Part shown: positions 51,837 to 60,383 of the stretch, one piece after another
Layout of the letters: every line of letters begins with the position of its first letter
Numbering within the stretch: the first letter of the stretch is position 1
Assembly (NCBI GenBank): GCA_047618565.1
Contig: JBLHKW010000001.1
Coordinates: 99,019 to 163,018, forward strand
DNA: 64,000 bases
Source: Planctomycetota bacterium
GTDB taxonomy: Bacteria > Planctomycetota > UBA1135 > GCA-002686595
Reading direction: 5' to 3'
Translations under genes and position numbers: made by a program
The notes under the pieces: model-generated
What the model saw: only the letters and a program-made list of their open reading frames with translations
What the model was told of the DNA's origin: nothing
Database searches by the model: none

Positions 51837-52263
51837 TGGGGTAATCCTGAGAATCGCGGGGGAAGGGGACCCCTGTAGATCCTCGCGGCTTGCCGAAGAG
51901 TGGCAGCAAAGTGTGGTTTTTGAAAAGTGGCGTCCGCATCGAGGGCCGGCGGTGCCGCGCGATCGGGACCCGGTCTGGTTTTCTCGAATAGCTGCCACCG
52001 TTCCGCTTCCGGGCGGACTGGCTTCCGGTCGGACTGACGAGCGCGTGCTAACTCCTACTCCACGCCCCATCCCTGCGGAATCGCGCCGCCGGGCCGCCTT
52101 CGGCAACGGAATCCGCTGTGCCGCGTGGAGCTGATGGTCCTGTCCGCAGGCCCCGGACCCGGCGACCCCCTGGGCCGAGCTCGGCCTCCAGGTGCGCCGA
52201 TGATTCGGACCCGGTTGTACTTGTCGTGCCTCATGGAGGATGATCGACGGCCGCTCCGCGACC

Positions 52264-53124
52264 ATGAACCTCCTACCGATCCTCTACAGCCTGGCATCCG
52301 CTCTCGCGTGGGGCGCCGGGGACTTCAGCGGCGGCGTCGCGAGCAAGCGAGGCGACACCTATCTCGTCGTCCTGATCTCCCAGGCGCTCGGCGGTCTGTT
52401 GCTGGCCGGGCTGGCGCTTCTGTATTCCGAGAGCCTGCTTCGAAACGTGGACCTGGTGTACGGTGCCGTCGCAGGCATCGCTGGAATGGTGGGGCTCCTG
52501 GCGCTCTACACCGGACTGGCTTCGGGCCGGATGAGCGTGATCGCCCCCCTGGCAGCCATCGTCTCGGTCACCCCGCCCGTTGTCGTCGCCGCCTTGACGG
52601 ACGGAGTTCCGGGAGCCATGACGATCGTGGGCTTCGGGTTTGTGCTGATCGCGGTCTGGTTGCTCTCCGCCGGTGGCGGAGCAACGGGCCGGATCCAGGG
52701 TAGCGAGCTGAGGTGCGCGCTCATCGCGGGTGTCGCATTCAGCGTCTATTTCGTCTTCATCGACCGCGTCAGTACCGGAGCCATCTTCGTTCCGCTCGTC
52801 GCCGCGCGGGTAGCCTCGGTCTCCTTGCTGGCCTTGTATCTGCGCCTGCGTCCGGGCTCGCTGGCCAGGTTGCAGCAGGGCGACCGGGCGCGAGGCTCCC
52901 TGCTCGCCATCATCGCGTTGGCGGGCCTGTTCGATGCAGCGGGAAACGCCTTCTTCGCCCTCGCTGTCCAGGCTGGCCGGCTGGACGTGGCCGTCATTCT
53001 CGCCTCCCTGTACCCGGCCGGGACGGTCTTCCTGGCATGGATTTTCCTGAAGGAGCCAGTGACGCGCCTGCAATGGCTAGGCGTGCTCTCGGCGCTGATC
53101 GCGCTCGCGCTCATCGCGATATAG
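52264..53124 (+). CDS. EamA/DMT-family transporter
   Basis: The start is ATG 52264. Ten hydrophobic helices are present. The N-terminus ALAWGAGDFSGGVASKR is typical of EamA repeats. Confidence 0.85.
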   Translation: MNLLPILYSLASALAWGAGDFSGGVASKRGDTYLVVLISQALGGLLLAGLALLYSESLLRNVDLVYGAVAGIAGMVGLLALYTGLASGRMSVIAPLAAIVSVTPPVVVAALTDGVPGAMTIVGFGFVLIAVWLLSAGGGATGRIQGSELRCALIAGVAFSVYFVFIDRVSTGAIFVPLVAARVASVSLLALYLRLRPGSLARLQQGDRARGSLLAIIALAGLFDAAGNAFFALAVQAGRLDVAVILASLYPAGTVFLAWIFLKEPVTRLQWLGVLSALIALALIAI

Positions 53125-53138
53125 GCGAATGTACCGAG

Positions 53139-53302
53139 CTAGCAGCCCGTGGCGAAACTCACGACGCGCTCAAATCCGCCAGGCTCCGCCCTGGCGGCGT
53201 TGCGCTTTCTCCGAGTATCCACGAATACGCGTCGTCAGCGCGCCTTGCCAGATCGAATCCTGACGCTTCGAGCCCGCCGTGACTTTCACCACGGGCTGCT
53301 AG
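53139..53302 (+). repeat. Type-2 palindromic MITE/REP-like element (164 bp) flanked by CTAG
   Basis: The termini CAGCCCGTGGCGAAACTCACG and CGTGACTTTCACCACGGGCTG are inverted. The internal hairpin is CCGCCAGGctccgcCCTGGCGG. It is about 95% identical to 57060-57224, in the same orientation. Confidence 0.9.
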
Positions 53303-53478
53303 TGCAGGCTCCTGGTGGCGACGGAGCTACCGGCGCCTGGCCATCCGGGTGGGTCGCTCTGCCAGAAATGAGCCCTCCTGGTAGAATTGACGTCGCCGGG
53401 CCTCTTCAGATTGACTCTGACCAGGCGTGCTCGGGACCGCGGCCCCAGGCATCGATCGGGATCGGACAGCAACTCAAC

Positions 53479-56400
53479 ATGCGGCACCTCAGTTTCACGG
53501 TCTTCTCGATCGGCTTCTTACTCCTTCTTGGCGCCGAGGCTCTCGCAGCCGCGCTGCACGAGGAGGCGCCCACCCTGCCGACGTTTTTCGCGACGGTGGA
53601 AGACCAGGGTACCTACACCGTCCCGACGGGGATGTCTTTTGCGGATGACGGCAGCTACTTCGTCATCGGCAAGAGGGGGCGGGTCTATTTTCACGACGGG
53701 ACCGATCCGCAGGCTCAGCTCTTCCTCGACCTGCGCGACGAGACCAATCCCGACGGAGATCGCGGGCTGCTCGGCGTCGAGGTGCATCCGGGCTTCTCAC
53801 CCGATGGGGGACCGACGTCGTGGGTGTACTTCCTGTACACGGTCTCGCCGATCTTCGGGGAGAACACGGACTACAACGAGAACGACATGTACGCCTTCTC
53901 GCGCCTCACGCGCTACAAGGCGCACATGCCCGGCGGCGGATCCGGGACGGATGTGCTCGCGGACATGAGTTCGCGCCAGGTGCTGCTCGGGAATCAGCTC
54001 GCGGACGGCACCGTCCCCGATGGAATCGCCAGCCTGTACAGCATCCACGCGCTGGGTTCGCTGCGCTTCGCTTCCGACGGTTCGTTGATCCTCACCACGG
54101 GCGATGGTGCACACCACAACGATCCGGGCGGTTTCGACGCGGCTGGCTTCGACAGTTTCACGCACCCGACCACTGGCCTGCGTGGACCCATGCCCCTGGA
54201 TCAGGACTCGGGCGCCTTTCGCGCTCAGGATCCGCGCAGCCTGGCGGGCAAGGTCCTGCGCATCGATCCCGAGACGGGTCTCGGCTATCCATCCAACCCG
54301 TTCTACGACGGCGATCCGGCCAGCAATTCCTCCAAGGTATGGGCGCTCGGCCTGCGCAACCCTTTCCGCGTGACCATCGAGCCCGGCACGGGTGGCAGTG
54401 ATCCAGCCGAGGGGCAACCGGGCACCATCTACATCGGTGACGTCGGCTGGGTGAGCTGGGAGGAGGTCAATGTCTCCCGTGGTGGCGAGAACTTCGGCTG
54501 GCCGTGTTTCGAGGGCCCCGATCCCAATGCGATCTACCAGGCCTACACGTCGTCCGGCCCGCCCTTCGACTACCCGGACTGCAACAGCGCAAGTCCGGGC
54601 ATCCCGACCGCGCCGTTGCTGGCCTACAGTCGAGATGATGGATCGCTGCTCACCCCGTCGGGCATGCACTTCGATGTGGACGGAGCTCCCCAGGCCGGAT
54701 TCACCGGAAGCTGCGCCCTGGGTGGCGCGCACTACGAGGGCAACGGCAGTTATCCGCCGGAGTACGACGGCCGGTTGTTCTTCTGTGACTTCTCCGAGGG
54801 CTGGGTCAAGACCCTGGAGAGCGACCCGCAGGGCAACGTCATCGCGATGCGCGACTTCGGTGAGGACTTTGCGCGCCTGGTCGACGTGCGCCTGAACCCG
54901 GTGAACGGGGATCTCTACTTCCTCTTGATGGAGAGGGACTTCAACGGGCACGTGCATCGACTGTACTACGATTCCAACCTGGCGCCGATCGTGGAGCTGA
55001 GCGCGACGCCCACCCATGGCGATGCGCCGCTCGCGGTTCAGTTCGACGGCAGCGGGTCGATCGATGGCGATGGCGGTCCGATCGACTTTCTCTGGGACTT
55101 CGGCGACGGCTCCCCGTCCTCGAGCGCGGCCAGCGTGCAGCACACCTACCAGCTGGATGGGGCCTACGTGGCGCGATTGACCGTCACCGACGCGGACGGA
55201 GCCGCGGCGATCGGCGAGGTGACCATCCTGGTCGGAAACACGCCGCCGGTAGCGACCCTGGTGGAACCGTCCAACGGGCTGCTGTTCGTGGCTGGCGACA
55301 TTGTGCAGCTGGTCGGCACGGGGCAGGATGCCGAGGGACCGATCGCCGAGTACGAATGGTCGGTAGACCTGCACCACAACTCGCACGCACATCCCGACAG
55401 CTTCACGTCGCCCCTCGAGCAGGACGTCCTGGTGACCGAGGACCACAGCCCGCTCGGGGATTCCTATTACTACGAGGTGCACTTCACCGTGCGCGACGCG
55501 GACCTGATCGAGGATACCCGTACGGTGTTTTTGCTGCCCCTCGATCGCGTGCGCGATGTCACGGGCACGTTGCGCCCGATCAGCCACCTGGACAGTGCCA
55601 GTCCCCCGAACCCCACCGCGGCGGGCAACCACGACATCGAGGTGATCCGGGACGGCGTGTTTCCGGGGCTCGCGTCCTCGGATATTCTGAGCCAGTACGA
55701 CACGCGCCACGTGAGTCCGCCGCCCGGCGATCACTGGGTCGGCTTCGAGTACGAGCAGCCCCCGAGTACGGAGACGCGTTTCATCTCGATCAGCTTCCAG
55801 GAGGGCGTGCACCTGCCGGGCGGCGGGTGGTTCGAGAGCTTCACGGTCGAGGTGCGCGAGGCGGGGCAATGGCAGGCGGTGTCGAATCTCGAGTCGCGCC
55901 CGCCCTATCCCTTCGCCCTGGCGCAGCAGAGTGGCTTCGACGGCACGAACTTCGACAGGTACGAGCTGCATTTCGACCCGATCTACGGGGATGCCATCAG
56001 GCTGCGCGGCGTCCCCGGCGGCGATCTGGAGTTCATCAGCGTGGCGGAGTTGCGGCCCAAGCTGGTGTCGATCGTCCCGCCCGCCGAGCCCTTGCTCGAT
56101 GTGAGCGCCGATGGTGAGATCATCGCGCGTCTGTTCGAGCTCGACCCGCCCACGCCCGAGGGCCGCGGCAACCTGGATCCCGAGACGATCCGTAACGGCA
56201 CCTACCCACCCGAGTCCTCGCTCAGTGACTTCGGCCAGTTCGACACGTTTCACTTTGGCGAGCAGGGCGACGACGACTGGATCGGCTACCGTTTCGACGC
56301 GCTACAGGCATTCACGCGCCTGGTGTTCCAGGAGGGACAACATTCCCCCCAGGGCGGACGCTTCGACACGTTGAACGTCGAGGTGCAGGTCACTGACGGC

Positions 56401-57063
56401 GCGGCATGGATCCCCGTGACCAGCCTGACGGTCTCCCCGGTCTACCCTGGCAACCCGTCTCTGTCCGCTTCCTACGAGACCTTCACCTTGGATTTCGATC
56501 CAGTGATCGCGCGTAGCATTCGAATCCAGGGCGATCCCACGGGATCCGTCGGTTACATCGGTGTGGGGGAGCTGCGTGTCTTCGTGGACGCCGCGGATGA
56601 TCTCGCGTTCGAGACCTACTGCTTCTGCGTCTCGGGCCCATGCGGCAACTCCGATTCCTCCGCCGGCTGCGCCAACTCGAGCGGCAGCGGAGCGCACCTC
56701 GACGTCCTGACCGGTAGCAATGACGTGGCCGCTGACGATCTGGTCATTGCCATCAGCAACATGCCGCCGAGTACCTTCGGTCTGATCTTCAAGGGCCGCA
56801 CGCAGATTGCACCCTTCTTCAAGGACGGACTGCGGTGCGTCGGACAGGTCGCCGGTCGTTTTCCGATCCGCCAGGCCGACAGCTCCGGCACCCTGCTGGA
56901 GGGCCCCGGGATGGTCGATCACTTCGCCTCACACCCATCGCAGTCGTTCCACATCACCCCCGGGACGACCTGGAAGTTCCAGGGTTGGTACCGCAACAAC
57001 GCAGGGCCATGTGGAACCGGGTCGAACCTCACCAACGGCCTGAGCATCACCTTCGCGCCCTAA
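53479..57063 (+). CDS. 1194-aa secreted protein: PQQ-dependent sugar dehydrogenase-like propeller + PKD domain + two tandem ~185-aa beta-sandwich modules + shared Cys-containing C-terminal domain
   Basis: The start is ATG 53479 with signal MRHLSFTVFSIGFLLLLGAEALA. The upstream part of the ORF is read-through of repeat 53139-53302.
- SGDH block: DRGLLGVEVHPGF.
- PKD: APLAVQFDGSGSIDGDGGPIDFLWDFGDG..YVARLTVTDADG.
- Duplicated modules end in ..(V/I)(A/G)ELR. Confidence 0.9.
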   Translation: MRHLSFTVFSIGFLLLLGAEALAAALHEEAPTLPTFFATVEDQGTYTVPTGMSFADDGSYFVIGKRGRVYFHDGTDPQAQLFLDLRDETNPDGDRGLLGVEVHPGFSPDGGPTSWVYFLYTVSPIFGENTDYNENDMYAFSRLTRYKAHMPGGGSGTDVLADMSSRQVLLGNQLADGTVPDGIASLYSIHALGSLRFASDGSLILTTGDGAHHNDPGGFDAAGFDSFTHPTTGLRGPMPLDQDSGAFRAQDPRSLAGKVLRIDPETGLGYPSNPFYDGDPASNSSKVWALGLRNPFRVTIEPGTGGSDPAEGQPGTIYIGDVGWVSWEEVNVSRGGENFGWPCFEGPDPNAIYQAYTSSGPPFDYPDCNSASPGIPTAPLLAYSRDDGSLLTPSGMHFDVDGAPQAGFTGSCALGGAHYEGNGSYPPEYDGRLFFCDFSEGWVKTLESDPQGNVIAMRDFGEDFARLVDVRLNPVNGDLYFLLMERDFNGHVHRLYYDSNLAPIVELSATPTHGDAPLAVQFDGSGSIDGDGGPIDFLWDFGDGSPSSSAASVQHTYQLDGAYVARLTVTDADGAAAIGEVTILVGNTPPVATLVEPSNGLLFVAGDIVQLVGTGQDAEGPIAEYEWSVDLHHNSHAHPDSFTSPLEQDVLVTEDHSPLGDSYYYEVHFTVRDADLIEDTRTVFLLPLDRVRDVTGTLRPISHLDSASPPNPTAAGNHDIEVIRDGVFPGLASSDILSQYDTRHVSPPPGDHWVGFEYEQPPSTETRFISISFQEGVHLPGGGWFESFTVEVREAGQWQAVSNLESRPPYPFALAQQSGFDGTNFDRYELHFDPIYGDAIRLRGVPGGDLEFISVAELRPKLVSIVPPAEPLLDVSADGEIIARLFELDPPTPEGRGNLDPETIRNGTYPPESSLSDFGQFDTFHFGEQGDDDWIGYRFDALQAFTRLVFQEGQHSPQGGRFDTLNVEVQVTDGAAWIPVTSLTVSPVYPGNPSLSASYETFTLDFDPVIARSIRIQGDPTGSVGYIGVGELRVFVDAADDLAFETYCFCVSGPCGNSDSSAGCANSSGSGAHLDVLTGSNDVAADDLVIAISNMPPSTFGLIFKGRTQIAPFFKDGLRCVGQVAGRFPIRQADSSGTLLEGPGMVDHFASHPSQSFHITPGTTWKFQGWYRNNAGPCGTGSNLTNGLSITFAP

Positions 57064-57224
57064 CCGCGCGTGGTGAAACTCACGACCCGCTCAAATCCGC
57101 CAGGCTCCGCCCTGGCGGCGTTGCGCTTCCTCCGAGTATCCACGAATACGCGTCGTCAGCGCGCCTTGCCAGCTCGAATCCTGACGGCTTCGAGCCCGCC
57201 GTGACTTTCACCACGGGCTGCTAA
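57060..57224 (+). repeat. Type-2 palindromic MITE/REP-like element (165 bp) flanked by CTAA
   Basis: This is a direct copy of 53139-53302, with about 8 differences including 1 indel. CTAA lies at both ends. The TAA of the left CTAA is the stop codon of the upstream 1194-aa gene. Confidence 0.9.
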
Positions 57225-57283
57225 CGCTCGAAGCTGACGTCGGCACCACCGAGACGGACTCCCTGGACGAGGTGGCGCCAATC

Positions 57284-57620
57284 TCAGCGCTGTACGGGAG
57301 CCCTGAGGTAGATCCGGCTCTGGACTCCCGAGTTAGCCACCGCGATATCGGTGTACCCGTCCTCGTTCAGGTCGCCGATGGCCAGGCCGTACGAGGATCC
57401 GGGCGGGTCGTCAAGGCGGACCTCGCGATATTCTGCGCCCGCGTACTCGTTGAAGAACACGCCGTTGGCTTGATCGGCATGGCCGACGACGGCAACGGCG
57501 CGTGATTCGTCCTCGCCGGTGCCGAACGGAATGCGCTGCTCGAAGCGCGCCTGGCCGTCGCTGAGGATCACGAAAGTCTGCGGCGATTGAGCGTCCCTTC
57601 GGGCCGGCCAGCGACCGCAC
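57284..57620 (-). pseudogene. Remnant of an FG-GAP/VCBS-repeat protein gene
   Basis: The 95-aa C-terminal fragment has an FG-GAP motif (GLAIGDLNEDGYTDIAVANSG). Sequence upstream continues only in a shifted frame (..GRSIAADF..) and then hits stops. No N-terminal body is present. Confidence 0.45.
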
Positions 57621-57854
57621 TTCTACGTGTTCGTCACGCGCCTGGCGCCTACGGGCAACACCTCGGCCCTTCGAATCGTCGACGCGCGCGAGATCGCGCG
57701 AGCGCCGACCGAGGCTGTTCGGGGCCCCCGCGTGGGACCGTGGTCGTGTGCTTGCAGCCTGCCGCCGAGGGATCGCGTCGCCCGGGGCGCAAGCCGGTCG
57801 AGGATTGGCACGCAGGCGTGTACAATCCCCCGCTCACCCGAAGCCATCCGAATC

Positions 57855-59078
57855 ATGATCCACAACCTTCTCATTGCAGCCGCCCTGCTCGCCCCCCAGG
57901 TCGCCAAGCACAAGACCGCCGACACCGTCAAGCTCTCTACCGGCAAGGAGTACGTGGGCCGCGTCGTCTACGAGGACGAGAGCAAGATCCTCATGCGCGT
58001 GCGGTCCAAGCCGCACGAGTTCGACGTGGCTGATGTGGCCGCGGTGCAGACCCTCGAGCGTAGCCAGCGTGAGCTCTTCGCGCGTCTGGACGGCGGGGCT
58101 GCGCTCGATGCGAGCGGGTTGCTCGAGCTGGCGGATTTTGCTGCCGAGCGCGGCCTCGTGGGCGAGGCACGCATGCTCTACGCCAAGGCGATCTTTGCCG
58201 ACGCGGAGAGCCCGGAGGCCTTCGAGGCTCTCGATGGCCGCGAGCACAAGCAGAAGGGCTGGCAGGTCAAGATCGGCAAGCGCTGGAAGACCCTGCCCGA
58301 GATCCGCGAGCGGCATGGCAAGTGGAAGGAGCATTTTGAGGTCGAGACCACGCACTTCATCGTGCGTTCCGATATGCCCGCCGAGCGGGTCGTGGACCTG
58401 GCGCTGGATGTCGAGCGCTATTACCTGGCCTTCTACGATGTACTTGGCGCGCGCCTGAATCTGCACGCCTTTGATGCGCTGCCGACCGTCAATGCCTACG
58501 AGGAATCTGGGCGCATGCCCAAACCTCCCACGGCGATCGATGCGTGGTACGCGGAGGTGCGCAACGAGTTCGATATCAGTGCGGATGGGGGAGTCAACCG
58601 GACGCTGATTGCGCGGGAAATGACGCGTCTGATGCTCAGCAACTCGCTGCGCAAGACCTTCGGCAAGGCCGGCAACCTGACGCCCTGGGCCGCGCGCGGT
58701 ATCGCGGACATGTTCGCGTCGGCGGTGCTCGTCGGTCAGCGCCCGATGGCCTTCGACTTCACGCGCGTCTTCGATGAGTACTTCCGCGTGCACGCGCAGG
58801 CGAAGAAACCGGTCTCGATCAAGAGGCTGCTGACCATGGGCAACGCCGAGTTCTGGGGGCAGGGCGACGGATCCAACGAGGCTGCCGCGTACACCCTGGT
58901 GCACTTCATGATCCACGGCCAGGACGGCAAGTGGTCCGACGGCTTCCGCGACTTCCTGGAGAGCTCATACAACGGCAAGGGGTCAGCCACCCACTTCGAG
59001 AAGGCCCTCGGGCTTCGCAACCTGAAAGAACTCGAAGAGAGCTGGAACGCGTACGTGAAGGCCGCCGCCGGCGTGTGA
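57855..59078 (+). CDS. Hypothetical secreted protein (possibly DUF1570-like)
   Basis: The start is ATG 57855 with signal MIHNLLIAAALLAPQVA. The segment ETTHFIVRSDMPAERVVDLALDVERYYLAFYDVLG resembles the planctomycete DUF1570 pattern. The family call is weak. Confidence 0.75.
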   Translation: MIHNLLIAAALLAPQVAKHKTADTVKLSTGKEYVGRVVYEDESKILMRVRSKPHEFDVADVAAVQTLERSQRELFARLDGGAALDASGLLELADFAAERGLVGEARMLYAKAIFADAESPEAFEALDGREHKQKGWQVKIGKRWKTLPEIRERHGKWKEHFEVETTHFIVRSDMPAERVVDLALDVERYYLAFYDVLGARLNLHAFDALPTVNAYEESGRMPKPPTAIDAWYAEVRNEFDISADGGVNRTLIAREMTRLMLSNSLRKTFGKAGNLTPWAARGIADMFASAVLVGQRPMAFDFTRVFDEYFRVHAQAKKPVSIKRLLTMGNAEFWGQGDGSNEAAAYTLVHFMIHGQDGKWSDGFRDFLESSYNGKGSATHFEKALGLRNLKELEESWNAYVKAAAGV

Positions 59079-59162
59079 CCCGATAGCTGGCTGTCCAAAA
59101 ATGCGTCCGCTGGATTGGCAGTAGCGCCCGGAGCACTCGATGATCCGTCTGCCTGGATCGGC

Positions 59163-60290
59163 TCAGTCGATCACCTGCTCCAGTATGGCGAAGTTGCCCG
59201 GGTTCCAGGCGTAGGCCAGGACGTAGAGTCGTTCGCGCCCGTCCGGCTGGCGCACGCTGCGGAAGGCCGCGTTGTGGATATGGGTGAAGCCCTCGAGACC
59301 CAGGTCGCGACCGATGTTCAGTTCGGCGACCAGGTTGCCCTGCTCCAGGATGTAGATCGGTGCCGGGGTTGCGCCGCCCGGGCCTTTCAGGCATCCGACC
59401 AGTGCCAGGTCGCCGTGGTAGTCGACGTCACAGGGCATGCAGCCTTCCGGCAAGTCGATGCCGCCGATGTAGCGCCCCGCGCGCGAGTAGGACTCGAGTC
59501 GCGCGTTGGCACGGTCGGCGATGGTGAACGTATCGCTTCCTGGAAAGCGTGTGATGCCGTGCGCTGTTCCGAACTTGCCGTGCTCGCGCCCGCTCCCGCC
59601 GAATCGCAGGGCCTGCCACACTCCGACGAGTGGGTCTTGCTCGGAGCCCTGCAGTGGCAGCGTGGCAAAGCAGACGTTGTCCGCATAACCGTTGGTCGCG
59701 AACAGTTGCCCATCCACGTACTCGAGATCGCAAACCCTGAAGGGCGCACCATCCTCTCCATAAGGATTCGGGAAGGTGCGCAGGAGCTCGCCGTCGAGCG
59801 TAGCCAGGAACGCGCGCTGGGCCTCATCAGAGGGCAGCGCCAGATAGGGCTCGCCCGCTTCCCGGAACAGGCACGTGTTGTGCAGGTTCACGCCGCGGAT
59901 GGCCTTGTCGCCTCCGACCACGGCGATCGATGAGAGGTCCGGTGCCAGCCTGAGGATGCCCACGCCCTTGAGCGAGAAGTAGGTCGAGCCATCGCCACCT
60001 GCCGCTTCATGGTCCTGGGCGAAGCCACCGTGGGCGTTTACCAGGTGCTCGGCCATGGCGGTCGGGAACTCGACCGGCAGGTGACGGAAGACGTACGCGC
60101 CGCTGCCCGTGGTTCCGCCGCTTGTTGCCGCGAAGCGGGCCGGGGTCGCGCCGGACGCGTGACCTGCAGGCTGGTGTCGGGCGCCGTTGACGTTGGGGAC
60201 GTGGGATCCATGGGATCCGTGAACGTGAGCGGCATGGACCGGGAGTGCGAAGAGGATCGAGGCGGTCGCGATGAGCGGTATGAATCTCAT
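59163..60290 (-). CDS. Hypothetical secreted beta-propeller-like protein with His-rich N-terminus
   Basis: Only the last 375 codons of the 1101-aa ORF, from ATG 60290, look coding. The N-terminus carries signal MRFIPLIATASILFALPVHA followed by AHVHGSHGSHV. The remainder is antisense shadow of the next gene. Confidence 0.75.
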   Translation of the reverse strand: MRFIPLIATASILFALPVHAAHVHGSHGSHVPNVNGARHQPAGHASGATPARFAATSGGTTGSGAYVFRHLPVEFPTAMAEHLVNAHGGFAQDHEAAGGDGSTYFSLKGVGILRLAPDLSSIAVVGGDKAIRGVNLHNTCLFREAGEPYLALPSDEAQRAFLATLDGELLRTFPNPYGEDGAPFRVCDLEYVDGQLFATNGYADNVCFATLPLQGSEQDPLVGVWQALRFGGSGREHGKFGTAHGITRFPGSDTFTIADRANARLESYSRAGRYIGGIDLPEGCMPCDVDYHGDLALVGCLKGPGGATPAPIYILEQGNLVAELNIGRDLGLEGFTHIHNAAFRSVRQPDGRERLYVLAYAWNPGNFAILEQVID

Positions 60291-60383
60291 GGGTGGAAAC
60301 TCCTTGGGTGCGTAACAGCATACCAGGGCCGGAACCCGGGCTGCTCCCTTGCTACGATCGGGCTCGCGGGCGATGCTGATAGG

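Noticed and set aside
53149-53478. N-terminal extensions of several track ORFs: 53149 for the 1194-aa gene, 40920 for ggt, 5074 for GH20, 5216 for GH109, 52265 for the propeller gene and 16917 for the fusion gene.
   Set aside because: The extensions are Arg/Pro-rich, cross repeat elements or neighbouring genes, and precede obvious signal peptides, a Tat motif or conserved N-termini. Internal starts were chosen instead.
53797-56253. Long antisense or off-frame ORFs inside real genes: 53797..56253(-), 31099..32694(-), 5626..6795(-), 22488..23759(+), 24647..25786(+), 57834..58916(-), 62826..63737(-), 564..1724(+), 50628..51878(+) and many shorter ones.
   Set aside because: All overlap genes with strong family motifs on the other strand or frame. 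All show the Arg/Ala/Gly/Pro/His bias expected from stop-codon-poor GC-rich sequence.
53139-57224. The two type-2 repeats as template and variable repeats of a diversity-generating retroelement.
   Set aside because: The differences between the copies are not adenine-specific (G/A, A/C, C/G, C/T, T/C plus an indel). The repeats are non-coding palindromes, and no reverse transcriptase gene is nearby.
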